In this document: piece after piece, positions 51,806 through 59,945 of the stretch
Numbering within the stretch: the first letter of the stretch is position 1
Layout of the letters: each line of letters begins with the position of its first letter
Source: Acidimicrobiales bacterium
GTDB lineage: Bacteria; Actinomycetota; Acidimicrobiia; Acidimicrobiales; VFJN01
Direction of reading: 5' to 3'
Assembly (NCBI GenBank): GCA_036563805.1
Contig: DATCLS010000058.1
Span: 25,911 to 89,910 of the forward strand
DNA length: 64,000 nt
The notes under the pieces: model-generated
Databases searched by the model: none
What the model was told of the DNA's origin: nothing
The model's input: only the letters and a program-made list of their open reading frames with translations
Program-made: the position numbers and the translations under genes

Positions 51806-52198
51806 CTACCCGGTGGGGGCGGGGACCAGCGTGTACGGCACGACGGTGACCGGGCCGGTGCCGATGCGGCAGTGGGCCTCGACCGTGCCGTAGTCGGGCA
51901 GGTCGAGCTCGGCCCGGACCAGGCGGTAGGTGAACTTGCCCGGCTCCACTTGCAGCGGCTGGACGTTGCGGGCGATCTGCTCGCCGTCGCGGCGGAACAC
52001 GACCTCGAGCACGCCGGTCCCGGGGTCGTCGGGCGGGCAGCGGACCAGCACGACGAGGTGCGGCGCCATGGTCACCGGCGGCGGCGACGGCGCCGCCGCG
52101 GAGAAGTGCACGCCGGTGAGGTCGATCAGGGTCGGACCGCCGTCGAACGCCTGGCGGAGGTCGATCCCCTCGACGAACACGGACGCGACGATGTCCAT
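51806..52198 (-). CDS. hypothetical protein (130 aa), apparently co-transcribed with the FIST gene
   Basis: Minus-strand TAGGGT, 7 nt, ATG. The stop is 10 nt upstream of the FIST start. I recognise no family. Confidence 0.55.
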   Translation of the reverse strand: MDIVASVFVEGIDLRQAFDGGPTLIDLTGVHFSAAAPSPPPVTMAPHLVVLVRCPPDDPGTGVLEVVFRRDGEQIARNVQPLQVEPGKFTYRLVRAELDLPDYGTVEAHCRIGTGPVTVVPYTLVPAPTG

Positions 52199-52205
52199 GC
52201 GGGCG

Positions 52206-52211
52206 ACCCTA
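52206..52211 (-). promoter_or_regulatory. -10-like hexamer (130-aa protein / FIST operon)
   Basis: Minus strand TAGGGT, 7 nt, ATG 52198. Confidence 0.5.
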
Positions 52212-52371
52212 TCCCGCGCCACGTCCCGCCCCGCACCGACGCGGCGGGCCGGGCGGACGGGACGGGGGCGGGGCCGGAGACCCGCTGACGGGTCACCGCG
52301 ACGGGCGCCGCGAAGGGACCCACGGCGGGCCACCACGGCGTGCTCGCCGGAGGCTTGCCGACGAGCGCCGG

Positions 52372-53133
52372 TCAGGCGGCGCGGGCCGGCTGGCGGGGCT
52401 TGCGGACCGGCGGCCGCTCGTGGCGCACGGTGGCGTGGCCGAGCCTCCGCAGCAGGCGGACGACCGGCCAGGCCGGGTCGATCTCACCCCGGCGGTGGGC
52501 CAGCCGGCCCACGGTCGGCGCCGCGTGGTGGTTGTTGTGGAGGCCCTCGCCGGCGGTCAGCCAGGCGAGCCACTGCAGGTTGGTGGCCGTGTTGTCGTAG
52601 GGCCGGCGACCGAACGTGTGGGCCATGGCGTTCACGGCGGCGTTGGTCGCCAGGTAGGCCACGATGTGGAACAGGCCGGCGACCACGCCCCACACGGGCC
52701 CGAGCAGCAGGATCAGCACGGTGAACGTGATGCCGAGGCCGAGCCAGGCCCGGTCGAACAGCACCCGGTCCCACCGGTCGCGGCGGACGTCGCGGGCGTA
52801 GCGGGGGACGGTGACCCCGTCGCGGGCGCAGCGCCGGTACAGCGCGGCGTTGGTGAGCTGGACGCGCACCCAGCCGAGCAGGCGGGGGGAGTGCGGGTCG
52901 CCCTCGACGTCGGTGAAGGCGTGGTGCCGGCGGTGGACGGCGGCCCACTCGCGGGGCTTGATGCCCGTCGTGAGCCAGATCACCACCCGGCTCGCGAACG
53001 TCACGGTCGGCGAGAGGCTGATGGCCCGGTGGGCCAGCGCTCGGTGCAGGTAGAGGGTGGTGGCCAGGTTGGCCAACTGGCTGAGGGCGAAGCCCACGAC
53101 CAGTGCGAGGAATGCGTGATAGATGATGAACAC
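52372..53133 (-). CDS. membrane acyl-CoA (delta-9-type) fatty acid desaturase
   Basis: His boxes HRALAH, HRRHHAFTD, GEGLHNNHH. Confidence 0.85.
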   Translation of the reverse strand: MFIIYHAFLALVVGFALSQLANLATTLYLHRALAHRAISLSPTVTFASRVVIWLTTGIKPREWAAVHRRHHAFTDVEGDPHSPRLLGWVRVQLTNAALYRRCARDGVTVPRYARDVRRDRWDRVLFDRAWLGLGITFTVLILLLGPVWGVVAGLFHIVAYLATNAAVNAMAHTFGRRPYDNTATNLQWLAWLTAGEGLHNNHHAAPTVGRLAHRRGEIDPAWPVVRLLRRLGHATVRHERPPVRKPRQPARAA

Positions 53134-53144
53134 CAGACTACCTA

Positions 53145-53160
53145 CCTACCTGTCGGTAGG
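53145..53160. promoter_or_regulatory. inverted repeat CCTACC-N4-GGTAGG in the desaturase/TetR divergent region (candidate TetR operator)
   Basis: cctacc tgtc ggtagg, within a local AT-richer patch and preceded by tandem ACCT repeats (actacctacctacc). Confidence 0.4.
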
Positions 53161-53226
53161 CACGGGATCCGCGCTGTGACCTTGTGCACGCGTACATATG
53201 TCTGCGTACGGCGCGCAGAACACCGA

Positions 53227-53232
53227 TACCCT
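53227..53232 (+). promoter_or_regulatory. -10-like hexamer (TetR)
   Basis: TACCCT, 8 nt, GTG GCA 53241. Confidence 0.5.
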
Positions 53233-53240
53233 GCCGGGCG

Positions 53241-53867
53241 GTGGCAACCGTCAGTGGCGAAACTGGTTCGACACGCGCGTTGATCCTGGCCGAGGCGCGT
53301 CATTGCTTTGCCGAGCATGGCTACGAGGGCACCTCCCTCAACGACATCGCGGCCGGCGTCGGGATCCGTCGGGCCAGCCTGCTGCATCACTTCCCCAGCA
53401 AGGAGGCCGTCTACCGGGCAGTCTTCGAGCGGGCGCTGTCCGACTGGGCCGAGACGATGGAGCAGGCCATCCGCCAGGGCGAGTCGCCCGAGGGTGAGGG
53501 GTGGACGCACGTCGATCGCATCCTCACCGCCACCGTGCGGTGGTTCGCCGAGAACCCCGACTTCGTGCGGCTCGTGCGCCGCGAGGCGCTGGACGACGGT
53601 GCCCACCTCGGCTTCGACCTCGGCGCCGCGCTCCGACCCTGGTTCCAGCGGGCCATCGCCTACTTCGAGCGCGAGATGGGGGCGGGGCGGCTGCGCAAGC
53701 ACGACCCCGAGCAGCTCGTGATCAGCGGGTACGGGGCCATCCTCAACTACTTCAGCGACGTCCACTTCCTCCGCGGCCTGCTCGACCGCGACCCGATGGC
53801 CGAGGAGGCGCTCGAGGCCCGGATCCACTCGATCCGCGAGTTCTTCCGGGCGGCGCTCGAGCCCTAG
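53241..53867 (+). CDS. TetR family transcriptional regulator
   Basis: [47 protein letters not shown], 8 nt, GTG GCA at 53241. Confidence 0.85.
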   Translation: MATVSGETGSTRALILAEARHCFAEHGYEGTSLNDIAAGVGIRRASLLHHFPSKEAVYRAVFERALSDWAETMEQAIRQGESPEGEGWTHVDRILTATVRWFAENPDFVRLVRREALDDGAHLGFDLGAALRPWFQRAIAYFEREMGAGRLRKHDPEQLVISGYGAILNYFSDVHFLRGLLDRDPMAEEALEARIHSIREFFRAALEP

Positions 53868-53878
53868 ATTCCCCGGGC

Positions 53879-54520
53879 ATGCCGACCCTGTCCGAGGCCG
53901 CGTCCAAGGAGTTGCTGGGGGCGTTCGGGGTGCCGTTCCCGGACGAGCGGGTGGTGAGCACCGCCGAGGAGGCGACACGGGCGGCCGACGAGATCGGCTA
54001 CCCCGTGGTCGTCAAACTCGGGGGCGACGCCATCGCCCACAAGACGGAGCGGGGCCTCGTCCGGCTCGGGCTGGGCTCGGCCGACGCCGTGCGCGACGCC
54101 GCCACCGCCCTGCTCGCCGCCGCCCGCCCCGAGGACGGCGAGGTCCACCTGCTGGTGGCGCCGATGCTACGGGCCACCCGGGAGCTGATCGCCGGCCTGG
54201 CCGACGACCCCCAGTTCGGCATGACCGTGATGCTCGGCGTCGGGGGCGTCCTCGCCGAGGCGGTCGCCGACGTGAGCTTCCGGCTGGTGCCGATCGACCG
54301 GGTCGACGCCGAGGAGATGGTCGACGACCTGCGGCTCCAGGCGCTGCTCGCGCCGTTCCGGGGCGAGCCGGCCGTCGACCGGGCCGCGGTGGCCGACGTG
54401 CTGGTGGCGCTGTCCGAGGCTGCCGGACAGCGGCCCGACATCGCCTCGGCCGACCTCAACCCCCTGCTGATCGTCGACGGGCGGCCGGTGGCGGTCGACG
54501 CCCTCGTGGAGGTGCGGTGA
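53879..54520 (+). CDS. ADP-forming acetate--CoA ligase, ATP-grasp (beta-like) subunit
   Basis: MPTLSEAASKELLGAFGVPFP..GYPVVVKL..; 11 nt after the TetR stop. Confidence 0.8.
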   Translation: MPTLSEAASKELLGAFGVPFPDERVVSTAEEATRAADEIGYPVVVKLGGDAIAHKTERGLVRLGLGSADAVRDAATALLAAARPEDGEVHLLVAPMLRATRELIAGLADDPQFGMTVMLGVGGVLAEAVADVSFRLVPIDRVDAEEMVDDLRLQALLAPFRGEPAVDRAAVADVLVALSEAAGQRPDIASADLNPLLIVDGRPVAVDALVEVR

Positions 54521-56049
54521 TGGCGAGCACGACCGACGCGGCGGGCACGGCCCGGAACGCCGGCGCCACCGGCGCTGCCGGGATCGACACCGCCCGGTTC
54601 CGGGCCCTGTTCGAGCCCCGGGGCGTGCTCGTGGCCGGCGCCTCGACCCACCCGGGCAAGTTCGGCTTCGTCAGCCTCCACAACATCCTGGCCTGCGGCT
54701 ATCCGGGCAAGGTGTTCGCCACCAACCGCGACGGCGCCGAGGTGCTGGGCGTCCGGACGGTGACCGACGTCGAGCAGCTACCCGAGGGCGAGATCGACCT
54801 CGTGTTCGTGTGCACGCCGGCCAGCGCCAACATCGAGCTGCTCCGGGCGTGCGCCAGGAAGGGCATCACCGCCGCCTTCGTCGCCTCGGCCGGCTACGGC
54901 GAGGCGGGGGAGGAGGGCCGCCGCGCCCAGGACGAGCTGGTGGCGGTGGCCAACGAGCTCGGCATCCTGCTGGCCGGCCCCAACGGCCAGGGCGTGGTGT
55001 CGCCGCCGGCCGGGCTGTGCGCCCAGATCGTCGCCCCCTACCCGCCGGCCGGCCACATCGCCATCGCCAGCCAGTCGGGCAACTTCGTCTCGTCGTTCGA
55101 GAACTACGCCCAGCTCACCGGCGTCGGGGTCAGCCGGGCCGTGTCGGCCGGCAACGCCGCCGCCGTCACCGTCCCCGACTACCTGGCCTACTTCGCCGAC
55201 GACCCGGAGACCAAGGTGTCGCTCGCCTACGTCGAGAGCGTGGGCGACGGCCGGGCCTTCTACGAGCGGCTGCGGCGGCTGGCCGAGCGCAAGCCGATCG
55301 TGCTGGTCAAGGGCGGCGCCACGGCCGGGGGCCAGCGGGCCGCAGCCAGCCACACGGGCGCCCTGGCGGCCGACGACACGGTGTTCGACGGCGTGTGCCG
55401 CCAGGCCGGCGTCACGCGCGTCGCCACGGTCGAGCAGGCCTACGAGGTGGCCGCGACGTTCGCCACCCAGCCCCTGCCGCGCGGCAACCGGGTGGCGGTC
55501 GTGACGACCGCCGGCGGGTGGGGCGTGGTCACCGCGGATGCCCTCGCCGACTCGAGCCTCGAGCTGATCCCGTTGCCCGACGACCTGCGGACCGCCATCG
55601 ACGCCGAGCTGCCGCCCCGGTGGAGCCGCAACAACCCCATCGACATGGCCGGGGGCGAGACCCGCGACACGGTGCCCAAGGTCCTCGACCTGGTGGCCTC
55701 GCACGAGGCGGTCGACGCCGTCATCTTCCTCGGGATGGGCATCCAGTCGAACCAGGCCCGCCTGATGCGGGAGGGGCCGTTCTACCCCGACCACGGGCTG
55801 GAGCGGATCGTCGCCTACCACGAGCGCCAGGACGCCCGGTTCGCCGAGGCCGCGGTCGAGGTCAGCGAGCGGACCGGCAAGCCGGTCCTGGTGGCCACCG
55901 AGCTGGCCGTGACGTCGCCCGGCAACCCGGGCCCGGCCGCGACCCGGGCCGCCGGCCGGCTGTGCTATCCATCCGCCAACCGGGCCGTGGCCGCACTCGA
56001 CCACCTGTGGCGCCGGGCACGGTGGCTGCAACGCCGCCACCTTCTGTAG
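54517..56049 (+). CDS. ADP-forming acetate--CoA ligase, CoA-binding / ligase-CoA (alpha-like) subunit
   Basis: GVLVAGASTHPGKFG.., phosphohistidine loop AASHTGALA. The ATG overlaps the upstream stop. Confidence 0.85.
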   Translation: MMASTTDAAGTARNAGATGAAGIDTARFRALFEPRGVLVAGASTHPGKFGFVSLHNILACGYPGKVFATNRDGAEVLGVRTVTDVEQLPEGEIDLVFVCTPASANIELLRACARKGITAAFVASAGYGEAGEEGRRAQDELVAVANELGILLAGPNGQGVVSPPAGLCAQIVAPYPPAGHIAIASQSGNFVSSFENYAQLTGVGVSRAVSAGNAAAVTVPDYLAYFADDPETKVSLAYVESVGDGRAFYERLRRLAERKPIVLVKGGATAGGQRAAASHTGALAADDTVFDGVCRQAGVTRVATVEQAYEVAATFATQPLPRGNRVAVVTTAGGWGVVTADALADSSLELIPLPDDLRTAIDAELPPRWSRNNPIDMAGGETRDTVPKVLDLVASHEAVDAVIFLGMGIQSNQARLMREGPFYPDHGLERIVAYHERQDARFAEAAVEVSERTGKPVLVATELAVTSPGNPGPAATRAAGRLCYPSANRAVAALDHLWRRARWLQRRHLL

Positions 56050-56104
56050 CGCGGGCCCGCCGACGCCGCGGGACCTCGGGGACCAGGGATCGAACGACGG
56101 AGAG

Positions 56105-57760
56105 ATGAGCGGGCACGACGACCGGCCGCGGCACATGGCGCCCAAGCCCTCTCGGCTCGCCGCGCTGCGGGGGGTGGGCCGTCAGCGGGGAGCGCGGGCG
56201 GCGGGCGGCGCCCGCCGCGCCGGCGGGGCGCGGGGTGGCGCGGGCTCACCGGACGGCCCGGGCGACGCCGGCGCCACCCGGCTGCCGGACGTGCGGCGGT
56301 GGCTGCTGCCGGCCGGGCTGGCGCTCGCCGGCCTGGTGACGGGCGGAGCGGCGTTCGCCCTCGACGGCGACGCCACCGCGAGCGCGGTGGGCAGCGACGA
56401 CGCCGCGGTGGCCACGCCCGTCCTGTCCGCCCGGCGGGTGCCCGAGCTCATCGCCGAGCCCATCTCCCAGCGCCGGCTGGCCGCCGACCTCGACGCCTGG
56501 CTGGCCCAGTCGCCGCCCGACAGCTGCCTGGTCGTCGACGACCGGGGCCAATCGGTCTACGCGCACAACGCCGACACGCCGCTGACCGGCGCCTCCACCC
56601 AGAAGCTGATCACGTCGACGGCGCTGCTGCTCGCTCTCGGGCCCGACGCCCGGCTCGAGACCCGGGTCGTCGCCGCTCAGGCTCCGCGCGACGGCGTGGT
56701 GGCCGGCGACCTGTACCTGGTCGGCGGCGGCGACGCGCTGCTGTCGACGGCCGCCTGGCGCGACCACTTCCGGCGCCAGCCCCGCACGATCGACGACATC
56801 GACCAGCTGGCCCGCGCCATCGCGGACGCCGGGGTCCGGCGCGTCGAGGGCAGCGTCGTTGGCGACGGCGACCGCTACGACGATGTGACCTACCACCCCG
56901 ACTGGCCCCGCCGGTTCTACGACGACCGCGAGATCGGCCCCATCGGCGGGCTCATGGTCAACGACGGGTTCGCCTCGTTCCCGAGCCCGGCCAGCCCCGG
57001 GGCGCCCACCCTGCCGGCCGAGGAGCCGGCCACCGACGCCGCCGCGGTGCTGACCCGCCTGCTGCGGCAGCACGGCGTCGAGGTCGTCGGCTCGCCCCGC
57101 TCGGGCGACGCCCCGGAGGACGCCACCGAGATCGCGGCGCTGCCCTCCATCCCGGTGCGCGAGATCGTGGCCGAGATGCTCACCGAGAGCGACAACGAGA
57201 CGGCCGAGGCCGCGCTCAAGGAGATCGGGCACGCCGAGGCCGGCGAGGGGTCGTGGAGCGCCGGCGCCGCAGCCGCCACCGAGCTGCTGGCGGAGGCCGG
57301 CGTGCCGCTGGACGGCGTGGAGATCGTCGACGGCTCGGGGCTCTCGATCGACAACCGGCTCACCTGCTCCACCCTGGTCGACGTGCTCACCCGCCCCGAG
57401 ACCGGGCCGGTGCTGCGCGAGGGCCTGGCGGTGGCCGGCGAGACCGGCACGCTGGCCGAGCGGTGGGACGGCACGGCGGCCGAGGGGCGCATGCGGGCCA
57501 AGACCGGGACGCTGCGCAACGTGACCGCGCTGGCCGGCGACATCGAGGTGCGCGACGGCGACCGGGTGACGTTCGCCTACATCGCCAACGTGCCCGACCC
57601 CAACCAGGTCACGGCCGAGCAGGTCGGCCTCACCCGGCTGGCCGAGATCCTCATGGCCTACCCGCAGGGCGTCGACGTGGCCCAGCTCGAGCCGGCCGCG
57701 CCCGTGACCGACGCGGACGGGGCGGCCGAGGCCGCGACCGGCGCGCCGGCGCCCGGCTGA
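56105..57760 (+). CDS. dacB: D-alanyl-D-alanine carboxypeptidase/endopeptidase (PBP4, peptidase S13)
   Basis: SxxK (ASTQK), SxN (ESDNE), KTG (AKTGT). Confidence 0.85.
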   Translation: MSGHDDRPRHMAPKPSRLAALRGVGRQRGARAAGGARRAGGARGGAGSPDGPGDAGATRLPDVRRWLLPAGLALAGLVTGGAAFALDGDATASAVGSDDAAVATPVLSARRVPELIAEPISQRRLAADLDAWLAQSPPDSCLVVDDRGQSVYAHNADTPLTGASTQKLITSTALLLALGPDARLETRVVAAQAPRDGVVAGDLYLVGGGDALLSTAAWRDHFRRQPRTIDDIDQLARAIADAGVRRVEGSVVGDGDRYDDVTYHPDWPRRFYDDREIGPIGGLMVNDGFASFPSPASPGAPTLPAEEPATDAAAVLTRLLRQHGVEVVGSPRSGDAPEDATEIAALPSIPVREIVAEMLTESDNETAEAALKEIGHAEAGEGSWSAGAAAATELLAEAGVPLDGVEIVDGSGLSIDNRLTCSTLVDVLTRPETGPVLREGLAVAGETGTLAERWDGTAAEGRMRAKTGTLRNVTALAGDIEVRDGDRVTFAYIANVPDPNQVTAEQVGLTRLAEILMAYPQGVDVAQLEPAAPVTDADGAAEAATGAPAPG

Positions 57761-57802
57761 CCCCGCCGCCGCGCCTCGGCCGCCGCAGGACGTCAGCTGC
57801 CC

Positions 57803-58249
57803 TCAGGCGCTGACGGTCAGCACCACGACGGCCAGGATGCCGATGACCCAGACGACGAGCAGGATCGTCCCGATGATCCCGCACACCTGGCCGGCCTTGA
57901 TCATCTCCTCGCCGGACATGGTCCCGTTGCTGGCGCGGATCTCCTCGAGGGCCCGGTTGCCCTTGGCCCAGGCGATCGGGGCCAGCGGCAGCAGCAGGCC
58001 GCACAGCGCCACCACCGACACGAGCGAGCCGATGCCGAAGCCGGCGATGAGGGCCGTGTCGGGGTGCTCGCGCCTGGGCGGTGGCGGTGGCCCGTAGCCC
58101 CACTGCGGCGGCGGGGGCGGTGGCGGACCCGAGGCCCCCGGGGACGGCGGCGGGCCCCACCCGCCCTGCGGGGCCCCGTACCCGCCCGGCGGCGGCCCGT
58201 ACCCCCCTGGCGGCGGCCCGTACGCTCCCGGCGGCGGCTGGTCGCTCAT
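57803..58249 (-). CDS. DUF4190-like membrane protein with a Pro/Gly-rich N-terminus
   Basis: PPGGYGPPPGGYG repeats followed by two TM helices. Minus-strand TACACT, 8 nt, ATG. Confidence 0.7.
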   Translation of the reverse strand: MSDQPPPGAYGPPPGGYGPPPGGYGAPQGGWGPPPSPGASGPPPPPPPQWGYGPPPPPRREHPDTALIAGFGIGSLVSVVALCGLLLPLAPIAWAKGNRALEEIRASNGTMSGEEMIKAGQVCGIIGTILLVVWVIGILAVVVLTVSA

Positions 58250-58257
58250 GGGGCCCG

Positions 58258-58263
58258 AGTGTA
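58258..58263 (-). promoter_or_regulatory. -10-like hexamer (DUF4190)
   Basis: Minus strand TACACT, 8 nt, ATG 58249. Confidence 0.45.
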
Positions 58264-58278
58264 GGGACGGTGCCGTGC

Positions 58279-58284
58279 CAGGCT
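58279..58284 (+). promoter_or_regulatory. -10-like hexamer (LON-domain protein)
   Basis: CAGGCT, 6 nt, ATG 58291. Confidence 0.35.
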
Positions 58285-58290
58285 GGGCGC

Positions 58291-58914
58291 ATGCCGGTCC
58301 TGCCCATGTTCCCGCTCGGCACCGTGCTGCTGCCCGGCATGGTGCTGCCGCTGCACGTGTTCGAGCCCCGCTACCGCCAGCTGGTGGCCGACTGCCGGGC
58401 CGGCGCCGGCGAGTTCGGCGTCGTGCTGATCGAGCGCGGCCACGAGGTGGGCGGGGGCGACGTCCGGACCGACGTGGGGACGGTGGCCCGCATCGTGCAG
58501 AGCCGCGACCTGCCCGACGGCCGCCACATCCTGGCCACGGTCGGGACGCGGCGGGTGCGGGTCGAGCGGTGGCTGCCGGACGACCCCTATCCCCGGGCCG
58601 AGGTCACCGACTGGCCCGACGAGCCCCCGCCCGCCGGCGCCGAGCGGGACGAGCAGCGGGCGCGCCTCCAGGCGCTGGTCCGCCGGGCCGCGGCGCTGCG
58701 CACCGAGCTGGGGGAGCCGGCGCCGCCGGTCGACCTGACGCTGGTCGACGACCCGGTGATGGCCGTGTACCAGGCGGCCCTGGCCGCCGCCCTCGGGCCG
58801 GCCGACCTCTACGACCTGCTGACCGCGTCGACGGTGGCGGAGCGGGCCCGGCAGCTCGAGGAGCTGCTGCGCGACCAGATCGCCGTGTCGGAGGCGCGGC
58901 TCACCGGGCCGTGA
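58291..58914 (+). CDS. LON substrate-binding (Lon N-terminal) domain protein
   Basis: MPVLPMFPLGTVLLPGMVLPLHVFEPRYRQLV. CAGGCT, 6 nt, ATG. Confidence 0.8.
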   Translation: MPVLPMFPLGTVLLPGMVLPLHVFEPRYRQLVADCRAGAGEFGVVLIERGHEVGGGDVRTDVGTVARIVQSRDLPDGRHILATVGTRRVRVERWLPDDPYPRAEVTDWPDEPPPAGAERDEQRARLQALVRRAAALRTELGEPAPPVDLTLVDDPVMAVYQAALAAALGPADLYDLLTASTVAERARQLEELLRDQIAVSEARLTGP

Positions 58915-58939
58915 CCGCGGTGACGGCCGCGACCGGGGT

Positions 58940-58962
58940 CCCGGGACGGGCCGGGTCCCGGG
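58940..58962 (+). terminator. 8-bp stem hairpin downstream of the LON-domain gene
   Basis: cccgggac gggccgg gtcccggg. Confidence 0.3.
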
Positions 58963-59092
58963 CCGGGCGGCGCCGGGGCGCGAGGATGTGTCCCCGGGGG
59001 CTCACCCAGGAGCGGTACCGTCCCGTGCTACAACGAACCATTCCGTTCGCCACCAGCCCGTTCGAAGACGAACGACGAGGGAGCTGATCGAG

Positions 59093-59419
59093 GTGCCCGA
59101 GGCGTCAGCGAAGTCCGTGCCCGAGGTCGCCAGCGAGCTGTTCGAGCTCACCAAGTCCTACGCCCGGCAGGAGACGATCGATCCGCTCAAGGGGGTCGGG
59201 CGCTACCTGGCCTACGGCGTGCTCGGCGCGGTGTCTCTCGGCCTGGGCGTGATCCTGCTCCTGCTGTCCGGCCTGCGGGCGCTGCAGACCGAGACCGGGT
59301 CCACGTTCCAGGGCAACCTGTCGTGGATCCCGTACCTCATCGTGCTGGTGGTCGGCGCCGCGCTCATCGCCCTGGCGCTGTCCCGCATCTCCCAGAAGAA
59401 GCAGAAGGGAAGTCGATGA
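59093..59419 (+). CDS. two-TM membrane protein resembling the actinobacterial Holin-X / phage-holin-3_6 family
   Basis: ELFELTKSYARQETIDPLKGVGRYLAYGVLGAVSLGLGVILLLLSG..WIPYLIVLVVGAALIALAL. SD GAGGGAG upstream. Confidence 0.6.
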   Translation: MPEASAKSVPEVASELFELTKSYARQETIDPLKGVGRYLAYGVLGAVSLGLGVILLLLSGLRALQTETGSTFQGNLSWIPYLIVLVVGAALIALALSRISQKKQKGSR

Positions 59420-59640
59420 CGTCGACGACTACGGCGCCGGGCGACCGGGTCACCCGCGACGACCTCGAGGCCAAGATCCGCGAGCTGCAGGGCGGCGCCC
59501 AGGACCAGGTGTCCTCGGCGCGCGGCACGCTGCTCGCCGCGGGCGGCGTCATCGCCGCCATCCTGCTCGTGATCGTGTTCCTGCTGGGCCGCCGGGCCGG
59601 CAAGCAGCGGACGACCATCGTCGAGATCAAGCGGGTCTGA
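59416..59640 (+). CDS. small single-TM protein (74 aa)
   Basis: ATGA overlap with the upstream gene. Helical N-terminus, then TM LLAAGGVIAAILLVIVFLLG. Confidence 0.5.
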   Translation: MTSTTTAPGDRVTRDDLEAKIRELQGGAQDQVSSARGTLLAAGGVIAAILLVIVFLLGRRAGKQRTTIVEIKRV

Positions 59641-59656
59641 GGGGCGGGCGGCCGCG

Positions 59657-59929
59657 GTGGCGAAGGTCAAGCAGGGCAAGGTGTCGCGCATCGAGCGGGG
59701 GCTGCAGTTCCTCCAGCGCAACGGCGTGCGCAAGGGAGTGCTCGGCGGCTCGCGCGGCTGGTTCTGGGTGGCGGTGGGCACCTACGGCGTCCGCCGCCTC
59801 CGCCGGGCGATCGGCAGCGAGCCCGAGCTCGTCTTCCGGGGCGAGCTCAAGCCGGGCGAGACGTTCCAGATCGGCCACCTCGCGGAGACCTACGGCGGCA
59901 AGAAGCTGCGCCGCCGCGCCCGCACGTAG
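59657..59929 (+). CDS. hypothetical basic protein (90 aa)
   Basis: Track ORF with GTG start, 16 nt after the upstream stop. I recognise no family. Confidence 0.5.
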   Translation: MAKVKQGKVSRIERGLQFLQRNGVRKGVLGGSRGWFWVAVGTYGVRRLRRAIGSEPELVFRGELKPGETFQIGHLAETYGGKKLRRRART

Positions 59930-59945
59930 GAGCAGGTCGCGCCGC

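Noticed and set aside
53134-53144. A TAGTCT hexamer immediately upstream of the desaturase GTG, considered as a leaderless promoter.
   Set aside because: Only 1 nt separates it from the GTG, which is incompatible with the spacing seen elsewhere. The true desaturase TSS or start codon remains unresolved.
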